In this document: positions 1 to 8,400 of the stretch, piece after piece
How the letters are laid out: each line of letters starts with the position of its first letter
Numbering within the stretch: the stretch's first letter is position 1
Origin: Nitrososphaeraceae archaeon
Lineage (GTDB): Archaea; Thermoproteota; Nitrososphaeria; Nitrososphaerales; Nitrososphaeraceae
Reading direction: 5' to 3'
DNA: 10,747 bases
NCBI GenBank assembly: GCA_035297365.1
Contig: DATGZA010000101.1
Coordinates: forward strand, 1-10,747
Program-made: the position numbers and the translations under genes
The notes under the pieces: model-generated
Told to the model about the DNA's origin: nothing
The model's database searches: none
Seen by the model: only the letters and a program-made list of their open reading frames with translations

Positions 1-1
1 C

Positions 2-562
2 AGCCACCCGATCAATCCGATAAGGATTAAAGCTATTCAGTTGTTTGGTGAATCAGAACTTTACAGAAATGCCCTGAACGGCAATGTGGAAATTAAAACG
101 GATGAATCTCTTGAAGAAAGTATCATGGAACTGATCAGGATACTTCTAATAATGACATCCTCGGACCTGGCCAGGCACCGCCAGCATTTCATAGCTTCAG
201 CAGGTCTTATTGTTGCCTCTGCTGACGAAAAAATCGATAAAATAGAAGCGGAGGAGATCCTCTCGATACTATCGAATTACACCATCTTCCCTGAAGATTT
301 TCTTGATGCTGTTTCAAAAAGTGAAAAAGTGGAGGAGATTTTCAGGCAGTCAATTGAAAACATACTTGCAGCCAATCCGGGAGAAAGGGTTTCAATGATG
401 GAATTTCTGATAATGATCAGCATATCAAACAGGGATATTGCCCAGAAGGAAATTGATTTCCTTTTTCATGCAGGGACTGAGCTGCTGGGATTTTCCAGGA
501 AAGAGGTTGCGCAGATACTTGCTGAGCAGATAAGGTCGAGGTTTATGCCGGAGGTGTTCTGA
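2..562 (+). CDS. 5'-truncated probable M48-family (HtpX/Ste24-like) metallopeptidase with C-terminal TerB-like domain
   Basis: Frame 2 is open from the window edge, so the TTG start at 41 in the ORF track is probably internal. The upstream codons read SHPINPIRIKAIQL, matching the C-terminal [ST]HPxxxxRI motif of M48 peptidases. Downstream, IVASADEKIDKIEAEEI and ISISNRDIAQKEIDFL...LLG resemble the two A-x-A-D-G-x-x-x-x-E helical repeats of TerB domains. The HExxH motif would lie outside the window. Confidence 0.65.
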   Translation, partial: SHPINPIRIKAIQLFGESELYRNALNGNVEIKTDESLEESIMELIRILLIMTSSDLARHRQHFIASAGLIVASADEKIDKIEAEEILSILSNYTIFPEDFLDAVSKSEKVEEIFRQSIENILAANPGERVSMMEFLIMISISNRDIAQKEIDFLFHAGTELLGFSRKEVAQILAEQIRSRFMPEVF

Positions 563-610
563 CATGGTATCAGATCACCAAAAGACTTGAATCGAGTAAT
601 CCCTAATTCG

Positions 611-627
611 ATAAAATACTATTTTAT
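611..627. repeat. Perfect AT-only inverted repeat ATAAAATA-C-TATTTTAT between convergent stop codons
   Basis: 611-618 ataaaata is the exact reverse complement of 620-627 tattttat. It ends 2 nt from the stop codon of the minus-strand operon (630). Its function is unknown and it is too weak to call a terminator. Confidence 0.4.
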
Positions 628-629
628 TC

Positions 630-2195
630 CTATAGTGCTTCGGTTGCAGTTCTGTCAGAAATTATTAACTGCCCGATTACCCCAAGCGCTATAGAAATAG
701 AAATTTGGAGAAGAAAACTTTTTAGATTCAATATTTTCTTATTTTGACAATTGAGGAAAGTAAGTGGAAATTTGGTATAAAGTAAGGTTTTGTTCATTCT
801 TTTGTTTTGTTGTGACGAAATTTTTGATTCCGCATAATATTTCAACAATTCGGATAATTTCGCTTTACATGAATCCATATCCGAGGTGAAATAACTATAT
901 CCTGATAGTTTATCAAAAAAATGCTCAGGAACATTTAATATGTTAGATTCTTCTAATATCCTATAATGTGCTTCGTTTACGAAATCCATTAATGATGAAA
1001 AGAGATCTTCAATTTTATCCTGATTATATTCAAATATCGAATCTTGTTCCCTTAGTTCTCTTTGGGTGTTCTCAGCAATGTTTAAATTTGAGTAGCTAAA
1101 ATTATCCATCATCTGCAACATATCACCAATTCGAAAATTCAAATTCTTATAATGTAGATTTGTGTCTCCCCTAACTTCATTCCCAATTATTTCAACATTT
1201 TTCCTAAATCTAGTTAGTGCTTTGTTATAACGAGTAGAATAGTTATCCGAATTGGTCAAACTTTGTAGCTTTGTCTCAAAAGGTATATAAGGTAAGTTGT
1301 AATACTCGAATTGCAACTTATTAATCTTAAATTTTAAATCTTCTAATTTAATCTTCTGCTGTGATAAGTTTTCGATTGAATCATTTAAAAAATTCTGTTC
1401 TATTGCTGTTGCTTGCTTATTCCTAATAGGACCTAAAGAAGTGTTAACTAATAATCCGAAGACGACTGCGATAGTAACAGTATAGCAAAAAACAGGAATG
1501 ACTCTTCTCATAATGACTAAATCCCACCTAGTAGAAGGTGCATATTGGTGTGCTTCAAAATAAAGGAATGTCAAGGTCCCGATAATTGATACGAGGATAA
1601 TCAAAGCATAGGTTTGATCAGTGAGTCCATAGAATAGCCGTGTATTTTCCTCCGTAAGTACATATGTGGCCCAGATGTAAGTTACTGCGATAATTATTCT
1701 AGGCAGAAAAATAGAAACTACAAAATATTCAGATCGAGTACCATAGAACAGAATGAAGATAATAAGAATACAAAATAACCAAACAGAAATAGAAGTTAGA
1801 AAACCAATAGTAAGAATAAGACATATAAGGAGTATTAAAGTTCTTTTTGTAAAAGTACGATGTTTAATCTTCCAAAGAAACTTAGATGGCAATTGGTTAC
1901 TCTGGTTCAGAAAAAATTGACTGCAAAGTATAATAGCAAATAGAATAAACAAAATTGATAAAGTATTATTAGATAAAAAATATAAGGCTTTTAGTTTCTT
2001 GGTCAGAGAAATATTAAACAAAACATTATTCCAGTTGAATATTAACCATGCTATGAGAATATACAATAGAGTTATTGAATAGATTAAAGAAAAGAATGGA
2101 ATGTATATCCATGGAGAAAACACCAATTTCCATGATGATATAAGATCATAACGCTTAAGCAAAAACTTAACAGCACCGGTTTTATCATTATTCAT
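630..2195 (-). CDS. Multi-pass membrane protein (about 8 TM helices, large soluble helical/coiled-coil loop), unknown function; probably the C-terminal part of a gene frameshifted from 2198..2947
   Basis: 521-aa ORF. Hydrophobic segments lie at about aa 24-55, 78-96, 119-152 (two), 158-180, 195-215 and 232-250. A polar heptad-like region spans about aa 255-490 (IENLSQQKIKLEDLKFKINKLQ). A final TM segment (SFLLQISISIALGVIGQLII) precedes a short tail (SDRTATEAL). Confidence 0.8.
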   Translation of the reverse strand: MNNDKTGAVKFLLKRYDLISSWKLVFSPWIYIPFFSLIYSITLLYILIAWLIFNWNNVLFNISLTKKLKALYFLSNNTLSILFILFAIILCSQFFLNQSNQLPSKFLWKIKHRTFTKRTLILLICLILTIGFLTSISVWLFCILIIFILFYGTRSEYFVVSIFLPRIIIAVTYIWATYVLTEENTRLFYGLTDQTYALIILVSIIGTLTFLYFEAHQYAPSTRWDLVIMRRVIPVFCYTVTIAVVFGLLVNTSLGPIRNKQATAIEQNFLNDSIENLSQQKIKLEDLKFKINKLQFEYYNLPYIPFETKLQSLTNSDNYSTRYNKALTRFRKNVEIIGNEVRGDTNLHYKNLNFRIGDMLQMMDNFSYSNLNIAENTQRELREQDSIFEYNQDKIEDLFSSLMDFVNEAHYRILEESNILNVPEHFFDKLSGYSYFTSDMDSCKAKLSELLKYYAESKISSQQNKRMNKTLLYTKFPLTFLNCQNKKILNLKSFLLQISISIALGVIGQLIISDRTATEAL

Positions 2196-2197
2196 CT

Positions 2198-2947
2198 TTA
2201 ATTCGATCCAAAATAGTTGACAATTTGCAAGAGTTCAGTTTCGGGATGTGGGAACCAATAGGTTAATTCTTTTGATACCCATTGAGATGGGTACTTTTCT
2301 TCTAACTTATTGGAAAGCAATAATTCATAATACTCCTCAATGGCTTTCTCTTTTATCTTGGAGCATCCTTCTTCTCTATACTTGTAAAACATTATTCTTT
2401 TCAATAGAAAATCTCCTAAAAAGGCATTAGAAAGCTTAGTAAGAATTCTTTTCCTGGCAATGGATAAATTATCCTTATCCCAAGACTGGGAAATAAGCTC
2501 ATCTAATAAAATTATTAAAGCAAATCCCTGAACATCTTCCAATCTATATTGTTCTGTATTCTGAGTATTTAATTTATGTACTTTCAATGTTAATGGCAAT
2601 ATTTTTTTTAAATATTTTAACCGGTAATCCTTTTCTATGAGAGTATGTAAATTTATCTCGAATAAATTATTCCCCACTGATACATATCTTATTCTACTTG
2701 CATTTTTTATATCTTGATTTGTTTGATTACAGTTTTTTAGATTAATCCTTAGGGGGAGAGTAGACTCATTATTGAAATAATTAGAATCCTCCACGCTAAT
2801 GCTAATCATATCTGGTGACAGCGAAGCGAAAAGTTTGAGTTTTTCTAACTCTGAATTATTTATTTCAAATTTATTAAATTCAATAATATATAGAAGGTTT
2901 CTTCCATCATTTAAATTCTCTGAAACTTCGAGATGTTTAAATATCAT
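2198..2947 (-). CDS. Soluble hypothetical protein (249 aa); probable N-terminal cytoplasmic part of the downstream membrane protein
   Basis: Long ORF in the operon orientation, with a 3-nt gap to the upstream gene and a 2-nt gap to the downstream gene. It ends ...YWFPHPETELLQIVNYFGSN. The frame of the next ORF is already open across this end. Confidence 0.7.
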   Translation of the reverse strand: MIFKHLEVSENLNDGRNLLYIIEFNKFEINNSELEKLKLFASLSPDMISISVEDSNYFNNESTLPLRINLKNCNQTNQDIKNASRIRYVSVGNNLFEINLHTLIEKDYRLKYLKKILPLTLKVHKLNTQNTEQYRLEDVQGFALIILLDELISQSWDKDNLSIARKRILTKLSNAFLGDFLLKRIMFYKYREEGCSKIKEKAIEEYYELLLSNKLEEKYPSQWVSKELTYWFPHPETELLQIVNYFGSN

Positions 2948-2950
2948 TGG

Positions 2951-4741
2951 TTAAGGTTTAAATCTCAAGTTTATAGCCTCATGAAAACTTTGAATATCAG
3001 ATGTGTAATTATCTTTGATACCTTGCAAATTATCTAAAACACATAGCTGATTGTACAAGCGATATAAACATTCAACGCTTATTTCTTTTTCACTTTCTTC
3101 GCCATATGCTAGTGTATAATAGAGTTTTCTAATTAAACGATTAAGTCTGCAAAGATCGTTGTTGTTTTTAAAAAAGCTTTCTTCTAAGAAATTAGCAAAT
3201 AAGCTCCCCTGTTTAGAGTCTCTATAGATTTGTTCTTCATTACCATATTTTGAAATGAAAAAAACATATTCAGATCCAAATAAATTTTTCAACCCGGCTA
3301 TGTCTGTATTATCCTTTATAAATGGTTCCGCTTTGCTTAAAGATTTCTTTAAAAATTTTTTCAGCCCTTCTAGACTAAAAATTGCACTCTCAATTTGAAG
3401 TTGCAAGAATTTATTCAGGGTATTAATGAAAAGATATGGTGTATTGATTGGATCGGCACCTCTACTTAGGTACCAAAAATAATCTATCAATCTCACTCCT
3501 TTGTTTCTGAGATCATCAATGAATGTCTGATTAAATGAAGTTATCGGAAAAATCCAAAGTCTTTGGAGTGGGCCTCTATTTGCTTTAATATCTGAATAGG
3601 CATTTCGTAAAGAAAGATATTTGTTCTTATCTTCATTAGTGTATTCCTTTTTAGCTAATTTCTCATCTGACAAGTCAAAATATTGTTCTCGTCCATCGCC
3701 CCAAAATTCGGTTGCAAATTCTCGTTCATCTAAAATTTCACCATTCTCATTTTTTTTATTATCGAGTAGGTAATCCATCATTATCACATCAAAATGTAAT
3801 GCTCCATTACCAAGAACCTCTCTGGCATGTGAAAGACTTTTAACGGCGTGTATCTCTATAAAAAAACAATCTTCATCACCTCTTTTTTGATCTTTTGTTT
3901 TGATATGTTTTAAGTTATTACACTCTTGACAACATATGGGTTTACATTCAGTAAAGATTCGGACCGAAGAAATTTTATCATCTGAGCTTGTTTTCCAGCA
4001 GACATCATTTTTCTTATCGTTATCAAATTCCAAATCAAGCAAGGTTTTAATGAGTTTAGCTTTGCACCCTTTTTCTCCTATTTTATCATCAATGAGAAGA
4101 ATTCTAAAATTAAGGCCGTTATTCTTTTTGTTTTCTTTTGACTTTGTATCAACTTTTAGGTAAATTTCTAATTCATGAGACAAACAAAGATCTTCGCGCA
4201 ACTTCAGTTCATTAGAGTAAACATAAGGAGTTAGGTATTTAGAGTGTGCACCGTCAGGAGAATAACTTTCAGCCAGAGAATTTATTGTTTGCAACCGAAG
4301 GTGCAATGCAAGATGCTCCCATATGTTATTTATAAAATATTTCGGTGAATACATCTGTTCAAAAAGTTTTTTACCCTCCATTACCTTTTGGGTTATAAAA
4401 TTCTTAACATTTGTTTGGTCTTTTTGAATATCAATGAATCTGATAAGGATGTTTGAATTCAATAAAAATGTAACATGAGCAAAATCAAAGATGAATTTAT
4501 TATTAAAATTATCCGTTTCATATTTTCCATCAAACTTGCCAGTTGATGATATTATAAAAATTGGTTGAGCTTTTTTCTTGAACTCACGATCTGCATTCAG
4601 TATATTAAACAATCCATCGCAGAAAGCACCGTAAATTTTTTTATTTGTGAGAGCTTCACAGGGACAAAGAAACACATATTCTAATTCATTGTGCCAATGT
4701 ACCTTGAATGATTTACTTTTTATAGAAAATAAATTTGCCAT
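2951..4741 (-). CDS. Atypical response-regulator receiver (REC) domain protein with large insertions, no recognisable DNA-binding domain
   Basis: 596 aa. REC motifs occur in the correct order: beta1 FRILLIDD (D218/D219), beta3 FDVIMMDYLL (putative phospho-acceptor D323), beta4 WIFPITSF (T401/S402). AVKSLSHAREVL matches the beta2-alpha2 segment. The conserved Lys-Pro is not evident (GADP instead). Confidence 0.7.
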   Translation of the reverse strand: MANLFSIKSKSFKVHWHNELEYVFLCPCEALTNKKIYGAFCDGLFNILNADREFKKKAQPIFIISSTGKFDGKYETDNFNNKFIFDFAHVTFLLNSNILIRFIDIQKDQTNVKNFITQKVMEGKKLFEQMYSPKYFINNIWEHLALHLRLQTINSLAESYSPDGAHSKYLTPYVYSNELKLREDLCLSHELEIYLKVDTKSKENKKNNGLNFRILLIDDKIGEKGCKAKLIKTLLDLEFDNDKKNDVCWKTSSDDKISSVRIFTECKPICCQECNNLKHIKTKDQKRGDEDCFFIEIHAVKSLSHAREVLGNGALHFDVIMMDYLLDNKKNENGEILDEREFATEFWGDGREQYFDLSDEKLAKKEYTNEDKNKYLSLRNAYSDIKANRGPLQRLWIFPITSFNQTFIDDLRNKGVRLIDYFWYLSRGADPINTPYLFINTLNKFLQLQIESAIFSLEGLKKFLKKSLSKAEPFIKDNTDIAGLKNLFGSEYVFFISKYGNEEQIYRDSKQGSLFANFLEESFFKNNNDLCRLNRLIRKLYYTLAYGEESEKEISVECLYRLYNQLCVLDNLQGIKDNYTSDIQSFHEAINLRFKP

Positions 4742-4746
4742 ACACT

Positions 4747-5460
4747 CTAGCTATCAATAAAAGCTTCGTAACTCTCATCAATTTTATCCGGTAAAATTAA
4801 ATTCAACAAATAAGATTCTTTATCGCTTTTCCCCTCTAATTCATTAACAAGTTCTTCGTTATTGATGACTTTCCAAACATAATCACCAATATTGTGACTA
4901 AAACCATTAACAAATAAATTTTTGCCTTCCTCCAGTAAAAAATCATCGTTAAAAAGTGAGATTTTATTAATCAAAATCTTTTCGCCTTTATCATTCGAGA
5001 GGAAATCACCATCATGAAGAAAAAGATAAATAGTGTAGGGCAACCCATCATTTCTTTGATTATAATCTGAAATCTGAACCGAGCTTATAATCTCCTCTAA
5101 AATTTTTCTCAAATAAAATATTATTCTTCCATTATCATTTTGATGATTAATTTGTTTATCAAACCAATGATGATAGAAAAATATCTTGGAACTAGGAAAG
5201 CGTTTCAATTCACCTGAAAAATGAGAATTGATTTTATGATCATCATCCTTGAAATGGTTTCTCAGGCATTCGATAAATTGAAGTATGTTTGTACCTTTGA
5301 AATAGAAAGTCTTATTTTGTTTATTTTTAACAACATCTTTGTTTAATATTTCTATTAATTTATTTAAATGTTCCTTATTAGAAATATTTGGTGATTTTGA
5401 GGCAATGTTGTTACTATCAAAATACCTTGTAAGTATCAGTATTATGTTTTTGTGATTCAT
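4747..5460 (-). CDS. Hypothetical protein (237 aa), probable alpha/beta (receiver/Rossmann-like) fold with His/Asp residues at strand ends
   Basis: ATGA overlap with the kinase stop codon (5457-5460). Hydrophobic strands IILILT, IFFYHH, IYLFLHDGD and LFVNGFSH alternate with amphipathic helices. The fold is inferred. Confidence 0.7.
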   Translation of the reverse strand: MNHKNIILILTRYFDSNNIASKSPNISNKEHLNKLIEILNKDVVKNKQNKTFYFKGTNILQFIECLRNHFKDDDHKINSHFSGELKRFPSSKIFFYHHWFDKQINHQNDNGRIIFYLRKILEEIISSVQISDYNQRNDGLPYTIYLFLHDGDFLSNDKGEKILINKISLFNDDFLLEEGKNLFVNGFSHNIGDYVWKVINNEELVNELEGKSDKESYLLNLILPDKIDESYEAFIDS

Positions 5461-8400
5461 ATATTACTGATCTTTTGTTTATGAAATGGAATATATTTTT
5501 GATTATAAAATAATTCTGTAAGCATATACTTTGAATTTCCAAGGGCCCATTCAATTCCAGAAAGAGGAATGAAAGCTATTTCATTTTGTTCCTTAGTGTC
5601 TTTGAATTTGTGGAGATCACCTCTTCCCGAGTGAACGGAAATCTTGCCAGGATATTCGTTAAATATATTCTGAAGAGTAATAATTAAATCCTCATTGCTT
5701 TTCAATTTTTCATTAATTTTCTCAATAATCCCATAATGTATTGAAATAAAATGTGAATTCTTTATTTCTGTAAGAGTATGTTTTTTTTGGTCAATAGCGC
5801 TGATGAATAAAGGATTTTTTTGATCAAATTCCTCTATATCTACATCATAAATATCAATGTTTTTGCCATGGAAGTAGCTTCCCCAGCTCTTGATTATTTT
5901 TACTTCTTCAGTTACATTGAATGAGGCTTTCATCCAATTCTTAAATTTTTCTTCTTTTTGTCCAAAATAATCAAGTTTGTCATTGAAAATTATGTTTTCT
6001 TTTTCTGAGTCTCCTATGTTTATTCTTTCAATTGCAATACCGGACAAATTTGCATAACTGATAAATTTCCTAATTAAGTCTTGATATGAAAAATCACCTT
6101 GCCCTTCATTTAACAAATAGTTACTGAAATCAGCGAGTGATATATAGTCAAAAGCACTTGATGATGCTTTACTACTAAACTCAGGATTTTTATATTTTTC
6201 AAATAGTCTCTCATCAATAATAACTATTCGTGTAAGGCAAGATTCAATAATCTTAATATACTGTTTTAAACTCATTATTGAATTTCTTAATAATGAATTT
6301 GTATAATTGCCACCACTTATCCCTTCAAGAAAAGAACAGTAATGTGGCAGTGTCCTGATGAAATCGTTTTTTGGATCTATTGTTTCATAATGGTTCATAA
6401 AAAGAACATACTCAGATTTATATAAACTATCAAGACTTTCCACTTCCTCATTTCCTAAGTAATAGACAAAATTGGATAAAATCTTCTCTTCATTAATGGA
6501 AGATTCTTTTAGATTCTTTTTTGTCTGGTCTATTGCTAATAGAGTTATATCAAAGCAACTCTTATAATTATTATTATTTAGTTGTGTACAATTAAGAATA
6601 AAACTTTTATTAAAATAATAAGCACTTTCAATTTTATCACTGTCAATTCCATAAAAGAGATCTTTGCATTGATTATGAGGATTATTAATATCCTTTTTAA
6701 AAGTTAAATGTCTTCCTAGCTTGTGCTTTATATCTTCAAATTCTTCTGAAACAACAAGTCTTGGCAACCAAGGCTGTAGAAGTTTGTACTTCTTTTGACC
6801 CTCATCCTTATCTAGAATATAAATTTCTGCCGAGGGAAGTTTTGAAACAAAAGAAGCAATTCCTGTTTCAGTTAGATCGCTTTTTTCGTAATAGTAACAG
6901 CCAGGAACAACTTCGGTATCTTTTTCTCTTTCGATCAGAAATACCTTTTCTTCAAAACAATCGAGAGAAAATGATATAGCAAAGTTGCCTTCATTGTTTA
7001 TAATATAAAAATCAAGTTCTTCTGATGGATTATCTTCAATAATTGAGTAATTATCATTTCCCTTCATCCAAGATAGGCATATGAGAATTTCTTTAAGACC
7101 TTTGTGATTATGATCAGGTTTGGATTCTGATTCGTCAAGTATCTTTAAGGATTTTGATTCAATTTTGTATTTGTTTTCGTCTCCTAAATATTTGGATAGA
7201 ATTGTTTTGATTCCGGATTTATTAATGTTGTCTATAACATTATTGAAGTTTTTTTTGTTATCTTGAATTACGATATTATAAGAATACTTGCCTTCATGGT
7301 CCTGTTTCTTATTGACTGTTATAGTTATTTCAAGTCCATTTTGAGGAATATCTTTCTGCAAATGTTTGGCAGAATTCCTAGTAAAATTTTCAATAATTGT
7401 CAGAAATGCTTGCCGCCCATTGAGCCCATATGGAATCGATAAATAAATTGAATCCAATTTTTGAGAAACTGTACTTTGAGAGACTAAACTCTTTAGCGTA
7501 ATAGTATCTTCTGCTTCTTTCAAAGAAATGCATATTTCAATTTTTTTACCAGAACCGTACCTGGTTATTTTTTCAGAACTTACAATATTGTCCAAGATAT
7601 AGTTATTGAACATTTCTCTACTTCGATGCCTTATAGATGGTCCGTCATAAGCTAGATAATCAAAAATATGTTCTTTTAGATTCACTGGTCCTTTAGTGTA
7701 AGTCTCTCCTGAAGCAAGTACGGCAATAAAGTCCTGACGCTCTTGTATGTAATGAAGCAATTTTGAAAGTCCAGAGAGATCTTTCTGCAAAGTCTGACTG
7801 TTTAATGCCAGTCTTTCGAGTTCTGTTTTTGTATTAGTAATTACATGGCTACCTATATTATGACTCATATTTCTAGCCATGATTGCTGAAATAGCAGACT
7901 TCAAGGCATTCTGCCGAGCCCTTTTTGCCAACAAAATCCCGGAATCTAACAAGTAATTATAAGATAGCTCTTTAACCTTGGAAGAGATTAATTCACCAAG
8001 ATTCTCAAACTTATATTTACTATTTTCAAAGTCGATTGATGTTTTTGGTTCAAAGATGAAATAAATAAAACAGCAACCAAGACCATTAAGTTTGTTACTT
8101 TTGTTATCACTAAATGGGGCCCCTACTATTGGAATAGCACATAAAAGACTTTTTCTATTGGGGGAATATTCATTATGCATTAAACTATGCATTGCTCTGC
8201 AAACATCCTGAATTGATTTTTCTCCTGTATAATAATTATTTGCATTATCCTTAAATTCATTATATGATATTTTAAAAGATGCATTCTGAAGAAATATGCC
8301 TGTTTTATCATTTAATGAAACCAGATTAAGGAGGTCATCTTGGGGGATTTTAGAATACTGGGGTTCGGATTCATTACACAATGATAACAGCATTGTCTCA

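Noticed and set aside
41-43. TTG start of the 173-aa ORF
   Set aside because: The frame is open to the window edge and the upstream codons encode an M48-like motif, so the true start probably lies outside the window.
2248-2430. 60-aa + strand ORF
   Set aside because: Antisense shadow of the 249-aa gene with no recognisable motif. Its hydrophobicity is expected from the reverse complement of A-rich codons.
3936-4163. 75-aa + strand ORF
   Set aside because: Antisense to the receiver domain. Its Ser/Phe/Leu-rich composition is typical of shadow ORFs.
6761-6979. 72-aa + strand ORF
   Set aside because: TTG start, fully antisense within the kinase gene, no motif.
2602-7256. T8 homopolymers (about 2602-2609, 3750-3757, 7249-7256) as phase-variation sites
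   Set aside because: The reading frames are intact, and such runs are expected from Lys/Asn/Ile codons at about 30% GC.
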